Assembly: GCA_965637545.1 (NCBI GenBank)
Contig: OZ281496.1
Location: 27,032,001-27,096,000, forward strand
DNA length: 64,000 nucleotides
Direction: 5' to 3'
Source of the DNA: Phallusia mammillata
Lineage: Eukaryota
Within the stretch, counting starts at the first letter, position 1; each line of letters starts with the position of its first letter. This document shows, piece after piece, positions 12,393 through 32,720 of this stretch. The notes beneath the pieces were generated by a model. It ran no database searches and was not told the origin of the DNA. It worked only from the letters and a program-made list of their open reading frames with translations. The translations under genes were made by a program, and so were the position numbers.

Positions 12393-15300
12393 ATGTGGTC
12401 GTTCTTTTCGCGAGATCCTGCAAAAGGATTTCCCTATGAAGTTGGTGAGAAGGTTGAAGGCCTTGATGCCGACCACAGCATATGGACAATGCATGCCGGA
12501 AAACAGAAGGTAAGGGTTGATAAAAGGAAATATACAAAATGCTTGGTTCAGGTTTAAAGTCTTGACTAAGAACTGAGTATGTAAAATGGAATGAACAACT
12601 GTTTAACAATGAATTACAGAGCAATGGTCAACCAGTGTCAGTATTCCTGTTTGATGTATCAGCAAATAGTGAAACTGCCAAGCAAACTGCTCAGGCATCA
12701 GTAAAGAGGCTTAAAACTTTGAAACACCCGAATATACTCACCTTTATTGACAGGTAATACATTACATTTTGTAGTATATTACCATCAAATTTTGGAATAA
12801 ACGCTTCTAAACTACAGCATTTGGCAATTTGTTTACAATTTAGTTTGGAAACAGACAAATGCATATACGTTGTTACTGAGCCAGTTATGCCATTGGCTGT
12901 GCACTTGAAAGAAATTGAATCCAAAACTAATGAATTTGCAGTTTCATGGGGACTTCATCAAATAGTGGTAAGTAGAAAAACAATTAATACCTTTTCAGTT
13001 TTATATCCAAGTTAAAAGATTATTTTTTGTGTTCGCAGAAAGGATTAAGCTTCCTTCTGAATTCCGTAAATGTGATCCATAATAATGTTTGCATGTCATC
13101 TATGTTTGTTGATTCTGCTGGGGAATGGAAGCTTGGTATGAATTTCCTAAAATATTGTTTCTTGTCATTCTCATATTGCTTTTGTTGTTTCCATGTCACT
13201 AGGCCCTAAATTATACCCTAAAATTTCTAGATACAATCCTATAGCATGGTTTAGAATTTTTTGTTCAAAACAAATTTGGGCTTGTGTCATAAGAAACAGT
13301 ATTGGTTAGCTTAATCTTGCACATATGTTTAAGTATATATTTCATGGAAGATTAGTTTTGGTATACAGGCAAATAGTAATACAATTCTTTTGATTTGTCA
13401 GGTGGAATTGATTACATGTACCCAGCTACAGGCGAGGGAAGCAACATGCCTCCCATTAAAACTGCCCCAGCCCTTGAAAAGTATGATCCTCCAGAAAAGA
13501 GCCAGTCATCTGGCAGACAAAGAAAAGCCCCCAAATGGTGAGAGCTACTTAACAATGCCACCTGTATTTGTATGTAAAATATGTGGCATTTCTGTGTAGG
13601 TCCTCTGACATGTGGGGCTTGGGCTGTCTGATATGGGAAGTTTTTAATGGAAGGCTACCAAGAACTTCATCCTTAAAAGTTATTGGCAAGGTATGTTATT
13701 TTTATGTTGTGTGAAAAAGCTGTCCGTGCCACCTATTTTTCGCTTAATTGCAAACTCTGTTTATTTCATCATGAATCCTAAACTGTAGTTTGTTATCAAG
13801 ATGTATAGCCAGAATCATCTGTATTGACTTGAATTATTTGTATGTTCTCTACCCATGCACTTTATAAATTGCAAACTGCAGAAAATGACTTTCCATATGT
13901 ATATTTTTCTGTATTGTTTTTGCTAGATTCCAAAGTCACTTGTTCGCAATTACTGTGAGCTAGTGTCTGCTAACCCAACATCAAGACCTAACCCTGACAA
14001 ATTCCTGGAAGGCTGCAAAGTACAGGGATCTTTTATGAGCAATCACTTTGTGCAAACCAATCTTTTCCTCGAAGAAATCCAGGTTTGTCCGATCAAACAA
14101 AGCATGTGTTTTTGCGCAAAGTAAAAAATGCCTTTTGTTTCAGATTAAAGAACCTCATGAACAAGCCCTATTCTTTACTGACCTAACAAAGCATTTGGAC
14201 GAATTTCCAATCATATACAGTAAACACAAGATTCTTCCCCAGCTTTTAAATGCATTTCAGTTCGGAAATGGAGGACCTGCAGTTCTTCCCCCCTTATTCA
14301 AAGTAGGAGCTGATTGTCATGCAATGCTAAATAGTAAAACAAGAATAACACATGACAATCAAATTGTATCTTAAACTTGTTCAAGTTTGACTTAGCTTTA
14401 TGACAAGCTTAGCAGTTGTTTTTGTACATTTGTATATATTATCATCTGAGGATACACTTAGAGTATGACTTGAGTCATTGCTATGACAACAGTTAACCTG
14501 TCTTTGCCTATGTGTAACCCCAAAAGTATAATGCCATGTTTTTGTTAGCTTGGAAAGCATCTTGACACAACAGAGTATCAAGCCCAAATTGTTCCATGTG
14601 TTGTAAAACTATTCACTTCAACTGATCGTGCAACTAGAATTCATCTTCTTCGGCAGCTGCCCTTGTTTGTAGAGCATCTGCAACCTGCTGTAAGTCTGTT
14701 TGGCCAACTAACACTGTACTGCATTGTGATGGTCATGTAACTATGTTTATTTGATGTTTTGCTTAAGAAATAACAGAATATACTTTAATCAAGGCATTGT
14801 TTGTATCTGCTCATTGAACATAGTTCAGATAAACACAGTAAAGCTTTAGTAGTTAAGTATGAAGGGTAATTTGGTGGCTAAACACAGCAGTTTGCACTTT
14901 GCAATGCTGTGTTTAGTTGCACAAAAATCATCACCTCAGGACTATACTTTCAGCATTCAAAAAACTTCGTTTTTTAACAGGTTGTTAATTCCCAAGTCTT
15001 TCCAAACATGATCACTGGCTTCATGGATACAAATCCTGCAATTCGTGAGCAGTCTGTGAAGGTTGGTTTTTGCTTAACCTTTCTTGAAAACTTTTTTTTT
15101 CTGATAAGGAACAAACTGCCACAAGCTGAACTGCAATAGAAAAATACTTTACATTTTAGGGCATGTTTTTGCTGGCTCCCAAGCTCAATGAGAACAATCT
15201 TAACAATGAACTGATGAAGCACTTTGCTCGGTTGCAATCTCGTGACGACCAGGGACCAATCAGAACCAACACCACTGTCTGTTTGGGAAAACTAACCCAG

Positions 15301-18300
15301 CATCTCAATCCAGCAGTATGTATTCACAAACTGTTGAAAATTTATTCTTTTTCAAAATCTAATCTGCTTTGTTATTTTGGACATAATTAAATGACATTGC
15401 TATCTTGCATGAACTTGTATTGGAACTAGGTTATCATAGCTTATTTTTACAGACGCGACAAAAAGTTGTGTCATCTGCATTTGCAAGAGCCATGAAAGAT
15501 CCTTTCCCAGCAGCCCGAACAGCTGGAGTGCTTGCAATGTGCAACAACATACAGTACTTCACTACCAAAGATTGTGCCTATAAGGTAAGTCCAGTATCAT
15601 CTTTTTGCCACATACAGATTTTAAAATTGCTGTCATATATTTGTACTTTCTCTGTTCTTTCAAGGCTACTTATGCTAAACAACACTTATTTATGTCAATG
15701 ACAAAACAATTACCTCCAAAATACTGCATGAACAAAATTATGTTTGTAACATTGTATGATAGCAATAGTCATTGGAGATACTGAAAATCTGAAGTTTTGC
15801 ATTTATACCTATAACAAGTATTTTACAATCTATTGTTCAAAGGCCCTTCCTGCTCTTTGTGCAATGACAGTGGATCCTGACAAACAAGTAAGAGAAAATG
15901 CTTTCAAGACGATAAAAGTTTTTATCGACAAACTTCAAACTGCTTCAGATGATCCAGAAGAAGCTTTAAAAATGGGTAGGCTTTTTCTAACCATTCTACT
16001 GGACCACAATCACTAAACTGCAGTCTGTTTATTTTTTTTTAGTCCAGTACAAACCTAACTTTGGTCTGGGATTTTGCTACATTAAAGTTTGATTTTAGTC
16101 TGTGTAACTCCCTAAGACCATACCATATACTAGGGATGGGCCGAGCCGAGCCAGAACCCGAGTACTCGGTACCGAGCATCGCTGTTTTTAATGCTCGGTG
16201 CTCGGCCGAGCAGTTTTACAAGCTGACCCGAGCGTTAAATTTGCATATTCACGCCCTGCTAACATACGTAACTAGTGTTCTAAAGGGTGTCTATGAACTA
16301 AAACGAATGATTTTTCAAATGCACTAGATGGTGGAAAAACGCGTACTTAAAAGGGCATGTACAGCTTAATAAAACACCGCCGGTGACGTAAGAGACCTTG
16401 TAGAGCTTAAACGTGGAAAGGGGATTTTTTGTGACGTCATAATGCACCCAGCGTGCTCGGCCGAGCACCGAGCGCTAAAGTTAGATGCTCGGTGCTCGAC
16501 CAAACAGAACATTTGCAGTTTTGGCACATCCCTACCATATACACATGTTAAAGTGAACTTAATGCAACAGTATTTGTAACTTATTTCACCTGAATGTTAA
16601 AGCTATTACATACAGTATCCATGTTGTGATTTTTATACCAGACATTTTTTCCAGACCAAGTAGCAAACACAGTTGGCACATCTGCTACCAACACAGCAAG
16701 TTGGGCTGGCTGGATGACAGGAGTTTCATCATTAACTTCCAAATTATACACAAATAAAGCAGCTACCCCACAACCTACTGGTAGGCAAATCTTGTAGTTC
16801 ATTTTATTTGTAAGGCACAATTTCAGATCCCTTAAAGGTGCATTTTAATGGCTGTAAATGTATGTCAAGTTTTAGGTTGTTGCAATCAACCCCAAAACCT
16901 TAACCTTTCAGCTGAAAACATGATAGAAGTGTTGCTTATCCTTAATACAACTTGTCTTCAAATTACGACATCCTGAAACTTAATGTATTTGGTACAGTGT
17001 AGTTGAGGTACTTATTCTTTATACACAGATCCTGCAAAAGACGCGAATAACAAACCAGATGCAACACAATCAAAACCTATTGATAATACAGTTACCTCAC
17101 CGAAACCCACTCCAAAAGTGGAAGACACAAATGAAGAGGATGAAGATGAAAATGATAATGGCTGGGATGAAAATGATGATTGGGATAGCTTAGAGGTCAG
17201 TGAGAACCACTTTGTCCTTCTGGTTTGCTTGTGGTGTGGTGTATGGTGCAATTAGTGTAACCAGGTGTATTAACTTGTTCAATTAGGAGTTACTTTTGGA
17301 AATTAATTATGTTAGTCATTGGACAGTAATTAAATGTTTTGTGTACACAATTTAAAAGTCAATATTTACTGTTGATGCACTCAATACCGTTTTTCTGCAG
17401 GTATATGGATAAGAATTAATAAATCACACAAGTTTTCTTTGGTTCCCCTTACTATATGCATACACAAATGCAGTTCATCACCTAATCCATTTAATTGCAT
17501 ACAGATCTAAAATCCTAAATAAAAAATTGTCTGGTTAATTGCATAACATAGCTTGGCAAAGTAATTGTGTGACAAACCGGAATTGTTTGTACTTGCTGTG
17601 TTAGAAAGTACAATACTAAAACTGGCACTGCTTACTTATTTTAAAACCACCACTACCACCAAAATGAGAAATAGTAAAATAGAACACAATGGAACCCTGG
17701 ATTTCCATTTGCATGTCAAGTTTAGATCTTATGATTAATCCCACCAATAGATGTAATTTTAGTTTGTTTTTGTGTGATTATATCATGGAACAGTGTATGG
17801 ATTTCAACAGTACACTTTAATATACAAATACTTCATATGTTATCATGTCACAATAATGCATGCTTTGCATTGCAATCAACCTTGTTTGTAATGATGACGA
17901 ATGCATGGCGGTGTTCCAGGAATTTGGTAGCGACATCGGCAAATTGCCGCCTGTTGCCAAGCCAAGGAAGACATATCGGGGCAAATTGATCACCACAAGA
18001 AAGTTAAGAGAAATGGAAGAAAATATTTGGGACGATTTACATGCCCAGGTATTCAGAACTGTAAAAAAGATAATGTTATGTCACCGATATAAAGCAGACT
18101 TCATAAAACCCTCTTGGTGGTTCATGGAGGGCTTAAAGCACCTTTATCAACTTCTACCAAAAGTTGGAATAAAAGTGGGTTGTCAATGTTCATGTAGATC
18201 ATTTGAAATCAGATACGCCAAGGCATTTTGCATGCTTTAGTTGTGGTAAAGTTTTAATTTTAGTTTGTGTGGTAGATTTAGATTGTGGGTGTGTCACACT

Positions 18301-19926
18301 CAGTGGTGGGATTTAGACGGTTCGCACAGGTTCTATAGAACCGTTTCACCAAAATTTATGAGATCATTGAACTGGTTTGCAATACTGGTTACTGTCAATG
18401 GACTTTTTATAACAAAACCGACTGAAAAATATGACTTTTGTGATAGAACCGGCTGACCAAAAATTTGAATCCCACCACTGGTCACATGGCATGTAATTTA
18501 TTTAATTTGCATGTGAATGTTTGTGTCAAATTTGTTGAGTGCACATTATGGTTTGTTCAATTCACATAATCAGTCATGTCAATAACCATTTTCATTGGTT
18601 TAGATGAATTGTACACCATTCTCAACAACAGCAAAAGCTTGAAAAAACTGTAAACTGTGCAAATACATGCACAAATACTAGACTAGACCAACAGTTGTTA
18701 TTGCATTCAGTTTCAAAACAACTATAGTTTGTTGTTGTTAAAGCTCTCTGAATCATATGAATCACTCATGCACTGCAGAAAACCTCACAATCACATGAAG
18801 ATGACAATGAAACGGAAACCAATGGAGACAATGGGGGTTGGGGCAATTCAGGTTGGGATGCTGACTTACTGGAAACTTCACAGGATAATAATGGATCAGC
18901 TGACAAAAAGACTGAAGATGATTGGTCAAATGGTTGGCAAGATGAAGGGTTTGGTAAGCAACCACACTTGAAAATGTTTGGGTCTTTGTTGTTCCACAAA
19001 TTGATAGGTTAGTGTATTACTTGGTTGCTATTATTACAGACCCCACCCCAAGTGTCAACAAGCCATCAAATACGTCTTCTGCCCAAACAGTGCAGTCTGA
19101 TTTAACACCAGCTAGCACTTACAACTGGAATCAAACTGAAAGCAAAGCACAGAAGGATCCAGAAGAGGATTTTTTCAATGAATTTGCTCCCAAACCGAAA
19201 AAGGTTTGTGCTGCCAGATACCTGAAAGTTGTTTAACATAAATTTCTGAGTGACTTGAACTCAAATCAAGTCACAAGTAACTCGACCTAGTTCAATACTT
19301 AACAAACAATAATTTTGCTGTGTAAGGTGTGCTTCGAAAATAAACGTTCAATCTCCGTACTTTTAGAGAAGTTGTTACAAAATTACAGATGCAGTTGTTG
19401 TTGATATTATAAATTACACAATGTTTGTTTGACTTCCTAGACCTTGGGTCAGAAGAATCGCTCCCAAGCCAAGACAAAACCTGTGAACAAGATGCCTGTG
19501 AAAAAGACATCACCCAAGCCCAGCACTGATTTTGATGCAGGTTGGGAAGATGATAGTTGGAATGACAACTCATGGGGCGATGATCAAGGTAAGGAAAAAG
19601 AATTATGCATGTGTTGTCCTTTGGAGCAAGAAAAAGAATTCAATTTAGCACATGCGATAGAAAGACAGATAAGTTTTCATTCCGGCTCATCCACCGTTTA
19701 TTCACACCTTAAAATCGCCCTAGCCTAATTTACATGACTAAGTCTAATTATTGGTGTATCGTTCTTTTATATTTGTAATACTCGCATTTCCGGTTCAGGA
19801 GTTTCAAAAGCTGACAAGGCCAAGCAAGAACGCGAGGAGAGAAGAAAACAAAGACAGAAGCAACTGGAAGAAAAAAGATCAGCCAAAGCAGGCCCGAAGA
19901 AGCTGGGCGCCAGAAAATGTGACTGA
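12393..19926 (+). CDS. SCYL1: SCY1-like pseudokinase 1 (N-terminal kinase-like protein), multi-exon
   Basis: Starts [16 protein letters not shown] (exon 12393-12509). Later exons encode [12 protein letters not shown] (12620-12753), [45 protein letters not shown], the HEAT region [14 protein letters not shown], and [15 protein letters not shown]. An acidic low-complexity tail ends [11 protein letters not shown] (human ends KLGARKLD, a COPI-binding motif). Confidence 0.95.
16131..16534. mobile_element. hAT (Ac-like TAGGGATG) MITE in a SCYL1 intron
   Basis: TIRs TAGGGATG / CATCCCTA. Perfect 8-bp TSD CCATATAC. Subterminal repeated CTCGG/CCGAG motifs. Confidence 0.9.
17689..18240 (+). pseudogene. 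Decayed intronless reading frame nested in a SCYL1 intron, possibly cyclin-fold-like
   Basis: Single frame from ATG 17689, interrupted by two stops (17818, 17854), then continuing as ORF 17860..18240. Protein-like composition. The motif [16 protein letters not shown] loosely resembles the end of a cyclin box. Family assignment is by eye only. Confidence 0.3.
18301..18480. mobile_element. hAT-type MITE, family A, inverted relative to 10640
   Basis: TIRs CAGTGGTGGGAT / ATCCCACCACTG. Flanks GTCACACT / GTCACATG match 6 of 8. Confidence 0.88.
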
Positions 19927-21027
19927 CCCTGTGGTCAAAGGTCAAATTTTACTCTGCAAAATGGCAGGGGTCGCAGCACTTCCAGGGGTAACAATTGTTC
20001 GGAAATAGAAAAGAATAAAATATCCGCTTTTTTATTCAAGTGACAGCGCCAGGGTACGCTCCTTTGTTAGTATTGCTTTTTATATTATTTACAACAAGTT
20101 TGCGTTGTTGTTTTTGGTGCACTATTAGACACAACATTATTTCTGTTACCTTCGCTGCTTTATCACATCTGAATATTGTCAACTGTCCTTGCGAGAACAT
20201 ATGTCCATTGTACCGACTTTTGAGCCCATGAAAAAAATATTAAAAAATCCCTATGTGTTATGTTGGCTAACTTATAACCCTGACTCGTTTTAAATATTAC
20301 AACATATGTTTTGTTCGGTAGAAGAATTGCGGTTTGGACTCGCAAACGTGTACTGTGCACCGAGGTTTCTTTTCGCGTCATATTAGTTTTACCACACTGG
20401 AGTTCGATAGACAATAGGTGCGTTCCATATCCTGAAGGTTTCGACGCAATTTTAGACACAACAAACCTGGAAATATCTTGGTTGTGATAAATCCACTTTA
20501 CCAGTGATTCTCCTTTTACTATCCTCAGAACGTTTGAATTAACGAACATAGCAGCCCTTGGTAACTTCTAGTGAAGCTGTTGGAAAATGGTTTAAAGCTT
20601 CTGGTGGCCTTAACGAACCCTTTACTCGAGAACAGCTAACCCAACTTTTTTTTGTATTGATGATATTTTATCGTGCAATAAATTGCCATAGTGGCTCACT
20701 TAGTCACTTGCTACAGATTGACAATACTCGATTACATTTGAAGGAAAAAGTTTCTCTAATACAAATCCTCGTGTTCGGGCAGAATCAATTTTGACCAGAA
20801 AACAAGCACTGAACACACACAACCTCTTTAAAGCTTGTTTTAAAAATCCCGATAAGCTTCAGAAAGCATGAATTGGTTTAAAAAAGTTTAACCGATGGAA
20901 GCAACGCAGAAATCAATACGGACACAACACTGAATTGGAATGTGCTCTTAATACCACATGTCAAGAAACAAACAAACCTTCAGTTTAAAATATGCAAGTA
21001 GCATGTTATATCAGCCATTGATACGAA

Positions 21028-21904
21028 TTAGTTGCTAACTGGAAGTCCTTTGCAGTAGTTCAACCCTTGAACAACTAAAAAGAGCGTTTTTATAAAATAA
21101 AGAACTAAAGCAACCTGTGTAGGCAAAATTACCTTTATCTGTGTTGCACGTTGTGGTAATTTCGACACCATTTGTCAACCAAGACCGAAACCAAATTTTG
21201 TCCAAACAATATTTCTGAAATACAAAATGCGTTGAATTGATGTGCGCTTTCACATATCCATACCATAAAACTTAGTGCCGTTAAATGTTAAATGCACTTT
21301 GCGGTAATATACACATTTTTTAAAGATAGTCAGTTGAATTGAGTTCCCTATGTAATCGAAAACATGGCGACAAGAACGCACAAAGCCGGAAATAATTGGG
21401 CGCAGCGTTTAAACTTTGGGCGTCAAAAAGTCGAGGGCACAATCGGGGGATGCTATAGAAAAGCGCTGCAGCTACTTCCTATTATGAAGCCTTAGGTGCT
21501 GTGCTAAGTTTGCTTTACTGTACAAACCTTCACGAATAAGATACATGTTAGATAAGAGGCCAAACAACCGTATTTTTTAAAACATACCGTTTTAGTCCCT
21601 GTTGGTGATGTGCTGGTTTTTGAGTAGTACATTCGGAACAAGTATCCCTCGACCAACTGAAGAAAAACTCGATTTTTATGTTTGTCACTCGGTTAACTTG
21701 ACTCGGTTAACGTGCTCTCACCTGTTTAGTGGAACAAAGCAATCGTTTTTTCTGAAATGGAAATGATATGCCCTTGGCCATCAACAACTGGAAACTCAGT
21801 GAATTTGTTGGGTTAAACCTGGCTTCAGATCCGAGCATTGCACCACCATTAGGTAGCAAACCAACAACCAAACAACAAATCCAAATGACAACCTTGTGCA
21901 TCAT
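21028..21904 (-). CDS. Secreted single-domain cystatin-like protein (copy 1), 4 exons
   Basis: Exons 21904-21722, 21656-21588, 21214-21133, 21074-21028 with GT-AG boundaries and phases 0,0,1. Signal peptide MMHKVVIWICCLVVGLL, N-terminal Gly (AMLG), Q-L-V-E-G motif across the exon 1/2 junction, and KIWFRSWL second loop. Confidence 0.8.
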
Positions 21905-22346
21905 TTCTAATAGCTAATGCCTAAACCAAAGTTTGTATTAAAGACTGTGTGAAACTCAGGTTAGGCTCAAAACAGCTGTGAACCACAACCGCCGCCTCTA
22001 CTAGATAGTGAACTGCATCAAATTCAGCAGAGATATGTAAATATTAGCCACTTTTTTCACATACACATAGCGCTTGTGGTTGGTGTCCACGAGTTTGCGG
22101 AGATATTCTGAGATCGGCAATGCAAGCGTTTCTGTAAAGGTTTTCTTAACACCATATTCAACAGTATATTATAAACATGCTGCTTGTCGTCGATGACTAC
22201 CAACACGTTTGCGTAGACAAAAAGCAAAGATCGACTGATATGTTTTTTATTGTGGGAGATTACCAAAATGGCGGGAAAATTGACAAACAAATCATTTGTT
22301 CAAAACATACAAGCAACACCAGTATGCAATATCGGTCCTTTACGAA

Positions 22347-22972
22347 TTAGCTGGTAACTGGAAGTCCGTTGCAGTCGTCCAACCCTTCAGCAACTGAAAA
22401 AAAAAAACATTTACAAGTAATAAGAAAACTAATAGCAATCTATGTAGCCGAAATTTTTGTTTACCTTGGTCTGTGTTGCACTCGGTGTCAACTGTGATGG
22501 ATTTTTGCAACCAAGACCGAATCCAAACTTTGTCTATGCAGTTTTCCTACGAAGCAAGTCAATTGATGCGTGTTTAATGCAAATCCAATAACTTATTAAA
22601 TGTATTCGAATGAAATAAACATTTCCCATAAGTTTTCTATATTCTTACATTTGTAGTTCCTGTTGAAGTTGTGCTGGTTTTTGAGTAGTAAAATCGGAAC
22701 ATATTTCCCTGGACCACCTGTGTTAGAGAAGGCCAATTTACTTATTTTTCACCAAATACGTTAATTGCACATACTTGTTCAGTGGAACAACGCAGTTGGT
22801 GCTGTCTGAACGGAAGCGATATGCTGTTTTCGTCCAACATATTTTGCCAGGGAAGGAAATTTGTGTCCTTATTGGGATCAAACCTGGTTTGAGACCCAAG
22901 CAATCCAGCATCGGTAGGCAGCAAATCCACACCAACCACGCAAATGGCGATAACAAGCTTACACAAAAACAT
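22347..22972 (-). CDS. Secreted single-domain cystatin-like protein (copy 2), 4 exons, 131 aa
   Basis: Exons 22972-22775, 22717-22649, 22546-22465, 22393-22347, phases 0,0,1. Signal peptide, GLLG, the QVVQG cystatin motif and KVWIRSWL; ends VAEGLDDCNGLPVTS*. Confidence 0.83.
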
Positions 22973-24140
22973 TTCTACTGTCTTTGAACTAGAAAAGCTT
23001 GAAATAGGGGCAAGACTTAGATGATCAGGTATAATTGACTAGAAGTTTACCTATCACTAAACTGACTTGTCAACTAAAGCATCCCTCCCAACCAACGCCT
23101 GGACAACGTTCAGGGAGAAGCATATCAAACTCTGTCACTTTCTTTTACTGTACATTTTGTTAAAGCCCCAACAACAACTAAGGCGGAAAAGGCTATTTTG
23201 AAACTGTACTTGAATGAGTGCTTAATAAAACGACGTAGCTGCAGCACTTGCGTCGTTTTGGTAGCAATTTTGACCTCAATCATTGGTCATTCTCTTCCGG
23301 CCTGATTGGTGATTGGAGCAATGCAAATGTGTTCGTACATTTCCTTTCACCAAGCAAAATAAAGTTAACTGACCGACACTGTTACCAGAGGAGGAAGCAA
23401 CTGAAATTTTATCATTGGCCCTAAAGGCAGGTAAAGAACAAGTGTAAACATAGATGACTGCAAACACAATGAGTTTGCGTTGTCATAGATCATGACCATA
23501 AACACGGTGACCAAGATGTTGCTATGCCCTAAAGCAGGACATGGCATGCAAATGCATCCAATTACAGTGCTTTTTTTACACCGTAGAAAATGTGTTTCAT
23601 TAGATGCATTTTTAGGATCAATCCGCCACAATACACAAGATATTTATTCAGCAGGGTAGGCCTATACCAAAACAGCCTTCGTTCTGTAGCTATTTCTTTG
23701 CTGCTATGATTGGAGAACTATAACTGAAGGTTGGTTTTGGGACAAAAACGGTTCACAACCCACCTGCAGACACAACAAGAATATAAATCTCTTTAAATGT
23801 TACTGTACCTGCCGTATCCAGTGTCTTAACCTGTGTAATACCTGTCTGTTGGTTTGCTTTGTAGAGATTTTACCAATTGGTTAAAATGAGTCTTAGTTCA
23901 GACTGAAAGGTTGTGGCACTAACCTTGACTCAGGCTTTAGATAACCAAGGTTGTTTGAATGATGACAAACATGTTGTGTACCCACAAAAATATACATTGC
24001 ACTTCACTGCATTGGAACTTGTCAGATACAAGGCCACTTAATACAAACCATAATCATACAACAATTAAAACTTTGTCATATGAAACAAGGCTGCATAATG
24101 TATAAGCAAAGCATGAAGAAAAATATTCAATGCTTTAAGC

Positions 24141-24327
24141 CAGGGGTTCTTAACCAGGGGTGCACGCACCCCCAAGAGGTACGAGAACTGTTCCAAGGGG
24201 GTGCGGGGGATACTGAATTATTAAGGTTTGTTAGGTCGATTTTATTTAAGCAATTACAGAAGGGGGAGCGAAAATTGGTTGGTGATTTGAAAGGGGTGCA
24301 GCAAGGAAAAAAGGTTAAGAACCACTG
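24141..24327. mobile_element. hAT-type MITE, family B (CAGGGGTTCTTAACC)
   Basis: TIRs CAGGGGTTCTTAACC / GGTTAAGAACCACTG. Flanks CTTTAAGC / CTTTAAAC. Near-identical to 47167-47383. Confidence 0.9.
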
Positions 24328-24526
24328 CTTTAAACTGTACCTGCTTGTGGAAAGCACGTTAAACACTTAAAAATGTACAATAACTGATAATAAATCATTA
24401 TAAAAGCTGATTTTTGTAAAACGGCCTTATAAAAAGCTTTAAAATCATGTCACACATTAATACATGAATAGTAAGGAACACATAAATTTACAATGATACA
24501 ACATAGAAGTTTTCTTCGTCATTTGC

Positions 24527-31138
<6,612 letters not shown>

Positions 31139-32720
31139 GGCTTAAACTACAACAACAAAAAATCAAATTGATTCTGTAATGTAAGAAATAATAATGACCA
31201 AAACCTAAAAAAAACATTACAACCACCAAAATATTTGTTACATTGTTTATTCAAGATGTTTTCTTGAGAAAACTAAAAGTAGGCAACAGAATTATTTAAG
31301 ATTGTTGGAAACTTGTTTAAAAAACAAAACTATTAAAACAAAAAATAAACAAGATGATAATGACGAAGATGATACAAGTTTAGCCATTACTTAAGAAACA
31401 AACGATGCCAGATAGACGCATATCAACGTTGAATTAGCACGATAAACGAAACATGCTGGATTGCTGTCAACACAAGCTTACAAACGACTTAAACGAGGCT
31501 AAGCTAGTCTACACTGTAGGGCAGGCTCTACAGAGGTAACTAGTAAACACTTATCGTTAAAAGCGTTTTCTCTTTTGTTATGCATCACTAGATTCACTAG
31601 CGCTACGAGCTACTGGGAAATAACAGTCGGTGCTTTTGAGGTCCAAAGATTATCCGTTTTTCAACGCAACACAAATTATAGTTGGTCAAGTTAAGGCATC
31701 TTTTGTTTTACAACATAGCTAATAATCTTAATAATACTTACCAATCGAATTTGAAAGCCAAGCGTAAAATGAATGAGCAACTAGCATTCGCTGCACGTCC
31801 TAGATTGCATTACAAATATGTTTTCAACAATATGAAGCATGGGTGGGCAATGGATTAGAATCATTTGTTTTGGATTTTTACAGCCTTTTTCCTGATGGTT
31901 TTCGCAGCCGTTTCCTGTTGCTGTCCCTGATGCTATGTAAGTGCAATGTTATTTTGAAGTAGATCACTACTGTGTGCCGACCGAATTTTAATACTATACA
32001 ACAAAATGAGTGGCCCAGGTGCCCCTAGCATGTCATTAAACCTTTATAACTGAAAACTATCGAGAAAGGTAGATTTTTGGGATCAAAGAGCTAAGAAAAA
32101 ACTGTATGACAGTTTGCTTTGTCATGTGACACAAGTCTGCGTCACTGTTTGCGTGGTTAACTAGTGAAGCGTGTCGGTTGATTTAAGGTTCCTCCAGTGC
32201 AAATACAAACTATTGTGAGTTTAGTCATATGCCAAAGAACTTAGTATTTTAGTAAAGCAGAGCGCCAATTGGCCGTTGTTACAAGTTTAAAAGCATTATG
32301 GTGTTAAGCAAAACCTTTTTCTCATGTTAATTGTTACGGTTAAACGAATGTAGTGGTTGACTGAATGTTTTAGATTTTTGAATAGATTTTTGATTTTATT
32401 TTTACAAGGTGATGGACTTCAACTTGTGCAATGAATATATTTACATGGTGCAAGCTGCAAGACTAATTTCTTTGTAGTCTGCTCCTTTCATGTGCATACA
32501 GTATAGACTGATTTAATTAAACGTTAGTTGAACAGCTTGCTGAGAGCTGTGTTGTGCAATGATATGGTGAACAAACTATTCAGTATTACACTTAGCTGCT
32601 TAAAATTGATTTAGTCATGGTTTCTGTTTTTTTATAAGCTTTTCAATGTGTCTCATATTTTGTGTGTGCTTAGGTTGGAGCTATAGAACAAAAACAGTCA
32701 AGAACAATTTAAAGTTCATA
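31139..32720. promoter_or_regulatory. Putative bidirectional promoter region between CTSF and sortilin, with a CLEAR/M-box-like GTCATGTGAC at 32121-32130
   Basis: Divergent ATGs at 31138 (-) and 32721 (+). The motif is seen directly; its function is inferred. Confidence 0.5.

Noticed and set aside
15211-15240. CTGATGA as a second hammerhead core
   Set aside because: No following stem II-GAAA and no stems I/III; it is SCYL1 coding sequence (ELMKHF).
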